Assembly (NCBI GenBank): GCA_002269645.1
Contig: NIVC01001166.1
Location: 62,001 to 126,000, forward strand
Reading direction: 5' to 3'
Source of the DNA: Macrostomum lignano
Lineage: Eukaryota
DNA length: 64,000 nucleotides
In this document: positions 1 through 8,799 of the stretch, one piece after another
How the letters are laid out: each line of letters starts with the position of its first letter
Position numbering within the stretch: the stretch's first letter is position 1
Position numbers and translations under genes: made by a program
The notes under the pieces: model-generated
The model's database searches: none
What the model saw: only the letters and a program-made list of their open reading frames with translations
Told to the model about the DNA's origin: nothing

Positions 1-437
1 AAACGCCCAGGTGCAACAGACGCGTAAATAATGTCACACCGACTAAAGAGTAAATATTGTCTAACCCGCAGGTGCATAAAAATTTTAAACAAAAGCGGTT
101 CGGGGAAATCCCAAAAGGGAGGTTTTAGCCGCCCGTTTTCGCCACCGCCGCCGCCGCCCTAACCCTCTTATAGGTACAATTGCGTTGAAAGTATTTCGAG
201 TCATTAGGTTGTAATGACCCTCCATATTTTAGGTGGGTGGACTCGAGCCCGGGGCCAGCCCATTTCAGTTTTTTGGGCCGGCCCCTCTGCCAATTTCCTC
301 CCTAGGAGCGAGCTATCAGAATTGGTCTTTTAACCCCCGTGTATACACACATAGAGGCCCCCAGCTAGCGCCCATTCTAACCTACCCAGTGTACAGTGTT
401 GGGTTCCCCAAACCGCGTACAAAGAGAAATACCCTTA

Positions 438-849
438 TCAGTCAATCTCCATACGCTCCCTCAGGGCTGTCTCGTACGCGGCCTCTTCCTCCACGCTCTC
501 GAAGCAGTAGTCGGATGACTGGCAATGTGGAAATTATAACAGTCAATGTAGATAGAATATATGCAAGGTATATGATTAGATGAGTTGTGTATATAATGTA
601 ATATCTTACCAAATCTAAATCGTCCTCCAGCCGCCACAGACGTAGAGACGCTGTATAGCGCACCAACGAAAGGTGCTCCTCCCAGTTGGAGGGCCATGCG
701 GCGGGCTCATCCCACGCAGTTGGCCGTGCTCCCGGACCGGCCAGGTACGCCTCCGAGTCGGGGGCATACGAATTGCGCCCCATCAACCAGTCCTGGTGCA
801 GAGTCTCAGCCTCCAGCACCTCCCGTAGGCCGGCACCCCTCGCAACCAA
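438..849 (-). CDS. Small acidic/Trp-rich orphan protein, spliced (exons ~849 or ATG 783..610 and 518..438)
   Basis: The ORF reaches TTG|GTAAGA (donor 609). An AT-rich intron ends gccag| at 519. The in-frame second exon reads SSDYCFESVEEEAAYETALRERMEID* (TGA 440-438). Start codon uncertain. Confidence 0.55.
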
Positions 850-888
850 AGTATCAAGAACCCGATTAAAGGCTCTGACAAAGGTGGC

Positions 889-1455
889 TTAGGAAGGCAG
901 CCCGCCTGGGTGGCGAGACCTCAACCAGTCAATGTCCCCGCGGAAAAATGAGGCCACAATGCGGGGAAAGCGCTCACGAACCACGGCGATCTCCTCAGAC
1001 ATATCCTCGTCCTCGTCGTCGTCGAAGAGAAGGAGCGTAGTGGCTGATGATATTGAGGCCCGGTGGGAGGTAGTTGAAGCAGCAGCAGAGACGGGCGTAG
1101 TAGAGGCGGCAGCAGCAGAGACGGGCGCAGCAGAGGCAGGGCCGGTTGTGGTCAGCTCCTCAACAGAGACGTCAAAGAGGGCGGCTGAGGCGGTAGTCAA
1201 ATCGGAGGCAGTAGCAGCAGGGGCACCGTTCACAACCCCGCCGATAGCCAGCAGCGGGAGGTCAAAAACTTCAGACTCGGTGTCGCTATCATAGGACATA
1301 GCCCAAGCTAGATATTGATCAGCCTCCCAATTATCACTTCCGTTGTTTTCAGTGCCTAGGGGAACTATGTGTTCTGGGATATCCCCGTCGAGGCTGGTTA
1401 ACTCTTCAGTCGGGCGATTATTATCCCAGAGGTTGGATAGAGCTCGGCGGGACAT
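889..1455 (-). CDS. Acidic, Ala/Thr-rich low-complexity orphan protein (188 aa) of the element
   Basis: ATG-initiated 188-aa ORF with its own upstream TATATAA (1533-1527). No recognisable family motif. Confidence 0.6.
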   Translation of the reverse strand: MSRRALSNLWDNNRPTEELTSLDGDIPEHIVPLGTENNGSDNWEADQYLAWAMSYDSDTESEVFDLPLLAIGGVVNGAPAATASDLTTASAALFDVSVEELTTTGPASAAPVSAAAASTTPVSAAASTTSHRASISSATTLLLFDDDEDEDMSEEIAVVRERFPRIVASFFRGDIDWLRSRHPGGLPS

Positions 1456-1526
1456 GCTAGAATCAACAGAGAGTAAAGTATTAGAGCTGAGATAGGGTTT
1501 GACTCTCTGGAGAGGGGAAACACTAA

Positions 1527-1563
1527 TTATATAGACGGATCGAGTGAGGCGGTGTGAGCCAAT
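1527..1563 (-). promoter_or_regulatory. TATA box plus CCAAT element upstream of ORF 889-1455
   Basis: TATATAA on the minus strand at 1533-1527, ~70 nt before the ATG; CCAAT at 1559-1563. Confidence 0.45.
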
Positions 1564-1569
1564 AGGAAA

Positions 1570-2103
1570 CTAGCAGTCCCAACCCTCGTTAAACAGATTT
1601 TCCCAGGGTGGAGATTGGTAGGGTTTGAGACCCACGAGCTGAAGAACATCCACCTCAGTCCCTGCTACCGGAGGCGTGTCTGTCTTGACTCGCTTGGCTG
1701 GAGGGGGTGCCTCAGGTGCCGGCTTGAAGAGCTTGTCCAAACGGGAGGCAAACATCCTGCGCCACAGTTCAGGCGTGAATTCGATCGTGTAGCGCCAATT
1801 AAACTTTGGGTCCTGATTGAGCCAATTGCGCAGCAAACGGATCCTCCCTCGCGAAGCTTCAACTGCCTTGAAATTGCCCAACAGGACCCGCTTGTTCACG
1901 TGAAGGCGGGCAGCAGCCTCCAGGTCAGGGCGCGCAGCTTCGAGCTTCTTCCACTCTGGCTCGCTCAAGTAGATTGCAGGGAAGCCGTCCTTCCACACTC
2001 CGGCCTCGTTGGTGTAGAGACGCCGAATTTCAATCAAGTTGTGTTCAGTTTCAAATGTGGGCTTCCGCGCCACAAAGTTTTCGTATAGAGAGATAGAAGA
2101 CAT
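1570..2103 (-). CDS. Tandem PC4-like ssDNA-binding protein (177 aa) with NLS-like PPAKRVK
   Basis: IEIRRLYTNEAGVWKDGFPAIYLSEPEWKKL follows the PC4 pattern (IDIRxY..G...PGKKGISL...W..L). A second diverged copy reads IRLLRNWLNQDPKFNWRYTIEFTPELWRRM. Confidence 0.7.
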   Translation of the reverse strand: MSSISLYENFVARKPTFETEHNLIEIRRLYTNEAGVWKDGFPAIYLSEPEWKKLEAARPDLEAAARLHVNKRVLLGNFKAVEASRGRIRLLRNWLNQDPKFNWRYTIEFTPELWRRMFASRLDKLFKPAPEAPPPAKRVKTDTPPVAGTEVDVLQLVGLKPYQSPPWENLFNEGWDC

Positions 2104-2349
2104 GATTTAGCAGCAGCAGCAGCAGAGAGCTCTCTAACAGCCGTGCAGCGCCTTATATACCCCCGGATGGAGGGTGGGGTGGGTGGTGATTTTGGGGGTG
2201 ATTTTTGATGATTTTGGTTGGTTTTTGGCGATTTATCCAATAACAGGCGAGCTGAGCAGATTTTTTAGTATATATACAGACCCCCAGAGCCAGGGTAGAT
2301 AGATAATCCTTCTCTCTCCGCTCGCTCTCTCACGCTCTCTGTTTGCAAA
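2104..2349. promoter_or_regulatory. Bidirectional promoter between PC4-like gene and pPolB
   Basis: Minus-strand TATATAA at 2159-2153, plus-strand TATATATA at 2269-2276 and CCAAT at 2237-2241, all between divergent ATGs at 2103 and 2350. Confidence 0.55.
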
Positions 2350-5300
2350 ATGGCTAAACGCAGCGCCACCGCAACTGCTTTTCTGGCTGACAAGAGGCAA
2401 CGTCTTTATGGTAAGTTTTAATTAATTTCTGTCTAGACTGTAGTTGCTAGGGTGGGGGTAGGGGCTGAGCAGCAGCAGCAGCTGCAGGGTCTGTGGGACC
2501 GCAGAGTAAACAACAAAGACTGCTGCGACAGCTGCAGGGGTCTAGACTGGAGTTGCTAGGGTGGGGTGCTGCGGCAGGGTCTGAACAGAGAGTTGCAGGG
2601 GAGGGCTAGACAAGTTTCAGCCGGGTGTGTGCTGATAAGAAATTGCTGCTAGGGGGGTGTTGTCCAGACAGGCTGCAGCTGGGGTGCAAATTGCTGCGAC
2701 AGAGAGTTGCAGGGGTGAGTAAACAAAGACTGGGGTGGGGTGTTGTCTAGACAGGGAGGGGTGTGCTGATAAGAAATTGCTGCAAAAACAGACAGTTGCT
2801 AGGGTGCTGCGGCAGATAAGAAATTGCTGCAGAATCGTTGGGGCAGGCTAGACAAGTTACAGCCAGGTGGGGGCAGAGAGTTGCTGGGACAGACTGGGGC
2901 TGCAGATAGGGCGCTACCCAGACAGGCTGCAGCTGGGGTGCAAATTGCTGCGACAGAGAGTTGCAGGGGTGAGTAAACAAAGACTGCTGCGACAGGCTGC
3001 AGCGGGGGTGCAGATAAGAAATTGCAGAGAGTTGCTGCGGGGACAGCAGAGTAAACTCTGTTAAGAAATTGCTGGGGCTAGGGCGGGGAAACACGCTGGG
3101 GCAGGAAAATGACAGATTCTTCTGGTTTTTTATCTCCTTGTGTTTTTTCAGACGCGTTTGTCCCGCCAACACAGCCGGAATCTGTTACCGGACCGGGTGA
3201 GTTATCCCGCCCCCCATTTCCCACACAGACCCGGGCTGACTCACACTCCCCCATTCCCCCATGCAGGTTTTACGGCCCGGCTGGATAATCAGCGTGACCT
3301 GCCCAAGTTTAGGGCAAAGGGTGTCGAGTATGTGGTGCGTATTACCAACACCGAAGATTTGCGGGAGGTGTTTGCCGACATGCTCGAAGTTTTCAAGCAA
3401 GATTTGGCCGGCGAGGATTTCATGGCTGCGAAATTCGAGAGCGACAATATGCTCAAAGCAGCCCATACTCCCCCGGTGCGTGCAGCCCGCATGACGGCTG
3501 AATTGTTGTTTAAGCACATTGACAAGATTGTGCAGTCGGATGCCACTGTATTGTCAGGCAACTTTTCTGTCCGTCTGCTAAAGGCCTGGGTGCCTCGAGG
3601 TGGATGTGCTCTCGAGAACAAGCATCTAGAAGAGCGGCATGCCTTCTCCAGGCACTATGTCCGCATCACCAACTCGGACAAGAGATGCCTGCTGCGCGCT
3701 CTGGTCGTGGCCTGCGCCTACCTGCAATTCGTGGCCAAGTCCATCACCAAGCAGGTGTGGCACACAATCAAGGCCAATTCGCCCACGCAGACTAAGCTGG
3801 TGGCTGAGCTACAAATCGAAGCGGGTCTCTACTCGGTAAGTTTCTAGTATTTTTCCGATAAGAATTTTTACACAGTATCATGGAATACTAAAATTTTCTG
3901 ATAAGAATTTTTACGATAAGGAATACTAAAAGAATTTTTACACAGTATCATGGAGTACTAAAAGATATATTTTCTGATAAGATTTTTACACAGTATCATG
4001 GAATACTAAAATTTTCTGATAAGAAATTTTACGATAAGGAATACTAAAAGAAATATTTTACCCTCCACACAGACTCTTCAAACCGTCTCGCAGGCTGGTC
4101 CTTTCGGCGTGGATGCACTGCCCGAAGCGATCCGTGCCCTGAACCGGCTGCATCCGGGGCGCGATTTTGGTGTACGCGTGTACCGCGCAGAGGAGGCCAA
4201 CAGGTGCATCTTCAACCTGCCTGGCACCGAGATTCTGCACCTACACCTGGTCGAGCAGCACTTTAATGTGGTTACCAAGCTGCCTGCGTTTTTCGGCAGC
4301 CACCACTACTGCCCCAAGTGCGAGATGGCCTATGATAGCGAACCCGCCAAGCACAAGTGCGCTGATGCCTGCAGTACATGCAAGACTCCGGGCTCCAACT
4401 GTAAGGCAAACCGCGCATATGTAAGATGCCATGATTGCGGGCTAAATTGCTATAATGCTCAGTGCCTAGAAAATCACAAGCGCAAGAATAAGGCCGGCAG
4501 ATCGCGCTGTGATTCGGTCCACGTTTGCGGCACGTGTGGCTATCTAGAAGAACTAAAAGTAGGCCAGCCCCCTGAGCATCAGTGTGGTTATGCCAAGTGC
4601 CCAGTCTGCAAGCAGTACGACGAAACTGCCACCCACGAGTGCTTTGTCACCCCGCCAAAAGCCAAAGAGTCTAGCGCCCCGTATGTTTACAGTACTATGA
4701 TTTCGAGACGTACTTGGACTCTGGCAAGCAGCACCGGGTACACTTGGTTACGGCTGCCACCTCCTGCGAGGCGTGTCCCAAACTCTTCCCCAGGCCCCGC
4801 TGCAGCGCGTGCGGGGGACTACACAGCTCAGCCAATTGCATTGCGGGACGCAATCTGGCGCTGGATTTCACGAGCTGTGTCTCGCACAATGACTGTGCCT
4901 GTGGGATGCGAGAGTTTGTATCTGTCGGGCCGCACTCTATCGATGCATTTTACTGCTGGCTGACTAGTGTGTTCAAGCAGGGGGCAATTGCTATTGCGCA
5001 CAATGGCTCTGCGTATGACGCATTCCTCCTGCTCGGCGCCCTACTCAACGGACTGGCCAAGAAGAAGCCGCAAGTGATCTTCCAGAACAGCCGCCTAATG
5101 TATATGAAGTGCGACAAGATCACCTTCAAGGACAGCCTCAATTTCATCCCTATTGGTCTGGCGCAATTCCCAAAGGCGCTTGGTTTGGGCACCCAACTGA
5201 CCAAAGGAGATTTCCCGCACGTGTTTAACCAGCCTCAAAATTGGGGGTACGTCGGTCCCTACTGCTCAATTGATATGTACGGCGGGAAGAAGAATAAGCA

Positions 5301-7461
5301 GCATGACTCCATCGCCGACTGGCTGGCCAAGCAGGAGGGACAGGTGTTTAATTTCAATAAGGAGTACCTGGACTATTGCCTGCAGGACACGTTAATTTTG
5401 CGGGAAGGCTGCCTGAAATATGCCCGCCTGATTAAGGACATTTGCGGACTGGACGCATTTGTCCAATCCAACACCATTGCGGGCTTGGCCATGTCGGTAT
5501 TCACCACCAAGTTTATGGAGCCCAACACTCTTGGGGTGATTTCCCGCCGATCGGATGTACAGTCGCACAAGGCGCGGTGCTGGCTGGCACATTTAAATGC
5601 AACCGAGTTTGGCGGCCGGTTGAGGACAGCCGATTCTGGCGGCGAGGCTTTCGCCATGGGCCGTAAGGTCGACGGCTTCGACCCAGAGACCAGGACAGTG
5701 CTGCAGTTTCATGGCTGTTTCTTCCATGGCTGTCCCAAGTGCTTCCCCAACGGCGACGTGCTGCACCCGCTCAAGAACCAGCCAATGCGGGCAATTTATG
5801 AAGAGACCGAGCGCTTCACCCGGCTGCTCTCCACTGCATACAATGTGCGTGTTCTGTGGGAGCACGACTATCAGGACGAGGGAGCGCCAGTCCAGCAGCC
5901 TATTCGCCTGGAGGAAGCCCTGTTTGGCGGCCGTACCGAGGCTTTTGTCCCGCACGCCGAGGCCACCGAGACTGTAGAGCTGCGCTATCGGGATGTGGTA
6001 AGTTTGTACACTTGTACACACAGTTGACATGCGTTTGAGTTTATCTTATCCTCTAATTCTCTATTATCCTTATACTTATCCCCTAGGTGTCGCTCTACCC
6101 GACTGTCAACAAGTTTGACAAGTACCCTGTCGGGCACCCTGTACACCACCCCGAGCCTCATCTACTGGATGAGCTGCAGCTGGCCCGGTATTTTGGCATC
6201 GCCGAGGTGTCAATTCTGCCGCCAACCAATCTCCACATCCCGCTACTGCCCGCCAAGATTAACAAGAAGTTGGTTTTCGGCCTCTGCCGCGTCTGCATGG
6301 AGACCCAGTGCAGCAGCGAGTGTACACACACTGACGCTGAGAGAATGCTCCGCGGCACGTGGTCGACCCCAGAGCTCCACAAAGCCCTGCAGTTGGGTTA
6401 CAAGCTGCAGTCAGTTCATGCCCTGGCCTATTGGACCGAGACTCGCACGGGTCTGTTTGCAGATTATGTAAACACTTTTTTGAAGCTCAAAGCCGAGTCT
6501 AGCGGTTCGCCGGGGATGGCTGAGGACGCCAAGGCTGCCTACATGGCCAGCTTTTTCGAGCGCGAAGGCGTCCGGCTGGAAAAGGTGGAGGAGAATCCTG
6601 GCTTGCGCTTTGTGGCCAAGATTTTTCTAAACTCGTAAGTTTTTTCTACTTGCAGTGGGGGCCGTGTTTTTCTACTTACAAAAAAAAATTTATTTTTCCC
6701 TGCAGGCTCTGGGGCAAATTCTGCCAGCGCGACGACCTGACCTCCACAGAGATTGTGGACAGCTACGAGGCGTGGCTGCAGCGCCTGACCGACCCCTCGA
6801 TCAAGGTCAAGTCGTGCGAGCCAATTGGGGAGAGCTTCATGATGCTCGAGTACAAGCCCCGATTTGGCGGTGCTGGCGAGCGGGCGTTCAAGTACGCTAA
6901 TGTACCTATTGGCGTTTTCACCACCTCCCACGCCCGGCTGCGACTCTACGAGGCTCTGGAGGGCCTAGGAACCCGAGTCATTTACGCCGATACCGATTCG
7001 TAAGTAATTTTTTCACTGTCTCTGTCTCTCTTTCTCCCCTTAACACTTTATTCTCCTCCTTCTCCCAGGGTTGTATACCGCTGCTCCCCGGGCGAGTACG
7101 AGCCTCCGGGCGGTTCGAGTTTGGGGCAGTGGACTGACGAGGTACCTGCTGGCTGCCGCATGGTACAGTTCACCACGGGAGGCCCCAAGCTCTACCGGTA
7201 CTTAGTGGAGAAGCCCGACGGGTCGCTGTACTCGGTGCTCAAGTGCAAGGGCATCAGAGTCACCCCGAGATTTCCGAGCGCGAGGACGAGCTGCAGGAAA
7301 TTCTGCGTCACGGCGGGACTGTACGCCTGCCCCAGGCCCAGTTCAGGCGCGATAAGGCTAGCTGTACAATCCGGACCCTCGAGATGGACAAGACTTTCCA
7401 GCGCGTAATGACTAAGAGGGTGTATGGGGCTGCTAGCCGCCCGTATGGCTTTCGGGAGTGA
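2350..7461 (+). CDS. polB: Protein-primed family B DNA polymerase (pPolB), 7 exons: 2350-2410, 3152-3196, 3267-3835, 4073-5997, 6087-6634, 6706-6999, 7069-7461; two +1 frame corrections needed at CCCC runs 4677-4680 and 7263-7266; ~1278 aa
   Basis: Motifs: ExoI YYDFET, ExoII IAHNGSAYD, FKDSLNFIP, KGDFPH, ExoIII YCLQD, FGGRTE, motif A DV|VSLYP, motif B KIFLNS|LWGKF, motif C YADTDS|V, GGPKLY, KCKGI and C-terminal KR...PYGF. All six introns are GT(A/G)AGT...YAG with matching phases. Exons 1-2 are less certain than the rest. Confidence 0.93.
2411..3151 (+). repeat. pPolB intron 1 filled with degenerate gctgc/ctagacag repeats, including a 69-bp duplication (2664-2732 = 2918-2986)
   Basis: Direct reading of the sequence. 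Confidence 0.75.
3850..4052 (+). repeat. AT-rich ~80-bp duplication inside pPolB intron 3
   Basis: gataagaatttttacacagtatcatggaatactaaaattttctgataagaa...gaatactaaaagaa occurs at ~3852-3933 and ~3971-4052. Confidence 0.8.
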
Positions 7462-7929
7462 GTGAAAGATAAGGATCTGTCTTTTTACGCCTCCCTGCCT
7501 GGGATTCCCCTATGTGCCCACTTGGGATCCCTTGACTCGTGGGGATGAAAATGGTTTTACACCCGCATTGTACTTGGGCCTCGCAACACACGGGGGGATC
7601 CCTCAACTTGGAGAGCTACCCTCTGGGGATCCACTAAAGCCCCGTGGGAGGTGCTGTAAAGTTTGACTGGAATTCTCTTTGTATGCGGTCTGTTACTCTA
7701 CCTCCACTGTACATTGGGGCATCATTTGACACCCCGGAGCGCACTGTGCATTGGGGGGCGGGATTCCTTCATCATTTGACACCCGGGAGCGCACTGTACT
7801 TGGGATCCCCTTGAAAAAACCTTATTTGGGGCTTGGGGAGGAATGGAATTTCTCTCTGCCCGCACTGTACTGAGGATCCCCCGGCCCTGGCTCTGGGGGC
7901 GTGTCTCGAATATCCTGGGCTAGATATTT

Positions 7930-8350
7930 TACTTTGCACCTACATTATATGCTTAATTTTGCATACATATGTTGTATTATACTTAACTTCCAGTGTGTGT
8001 ATTTTATCCTATGCACTGAAATTTGTACCTGCGGGTTATTATGCAAAAATGTATCGTTTAAAATGCGCCTACATTATATGCTATGTAATTTTCTTGTATT
8101 ATACTCAATTTGCACCTACATTGTGTGTATGTATGCACCTACATAATTGGAATCTAGAGTGTGTGCAATATACTGTGTGTATTTCCACCTATGTAGCGCC
8201 TACAGTACCTGCTTTGTCTATTTCTGCCCATGCACCTACATTGTGTGTTTTTGCTGCTCATATGCTCCAATATGTATTATGCGTCATTATTCACACCTAC
8301 CAATATGTTTTATCTACTTTTTATGTAAATATACGCAATTTCATCTACTA
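7930..8350 (+). repeat. AT-rich subterminal tract with iterated TGCACCTAC motifs
   Basis: Multiple tgcacctaca/ccacctat/acacctac copies. Confidence 0.6.
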
Positions 8351-8384
8351 TAAGTAGTTTTCACTAGCCTAATATCGCTGACTA

Positions 8385-8730
8385 GATATCTTACATATCG
8401 GGAGAGTGGTAGAGTGTACATATCGCGAGAGTGTACACTCGGGGTGCCTGCGGCTCGGTAGAGTGTACACTCGGGGTGCCTGCGGCTCGGTAGAGTGTAC
8501 ACTCGGGGTGCCTGCGGCATGGGCGCCTGCAGCATGGGCGCCTGCTGCTCTGGAGGGCATACATATCGGGAGGGTGGGCATACATATCGGGGTACATATC
8601 GGGAGGGTGGGCATACATATCGGGAGGGAGGGCATACATATCGGGGTACATATCGGGAGGGTGCGCCTGCGGCATGGGCGCCTAATTGGCGCCTGGATAG
8701 CGCCACGCGCCTGCGGCGCGCGCGCCAGCC
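8385..8730 (+). repeat. GC-rich terminal repeats with palindromes
   Basis: gtagagtgtacactcggggtgcctgcggc occurs about 3 times and contains the perfect 12-bp palindrome GAGTGTACACTC. tacatatcgggaggg occurs about 5 times; there are also GGCGCC and GCGCGCGC clusters. Confidence 0.75.
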
Positions 8731-8799
8731 AATGAGAGGCGAGGAGGGTTGACACCCACCCCACCTCCAAAAAGGGCGGATCTACCAGTCCTTAGTAGT

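Larger units (their letters stand above)
1..8799. mobile_element. Polinton/Maverick/adintovirus-like element (left part outside window; right end tentative at ~8799)
   Basis: Contains pPolB and a PC4-like gene, followed by a repeat- and palindrome-rich non-coding tail (7462-8799). This switches abruptly to a host-type 23-bp intronic tandem repeat at ~8800. The left end, TIR pair and TSD cannot be seen. Confidence 0.8.

Noticed and set aside
4681-4692. 12-nt GTATGT...TTACAG looks like a micro-intron at the pPolB frame break
   Set aside because: Removing 12 nt does not restore the frame and is too short for normal splicing; one extra C in the preceding CCCC run fixes the frame without it.
7719-7800. 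CATCAT-containing direct repeats resembling the adenovirus ITR start
   Set aside because: They are internal, about 1 kb from the apparent end, and the match is only 6 nt.
7833-8770. ORFs in the element tail
   Set aside because: Products are translations of AT-rich or palindromic repeats with no domain features.
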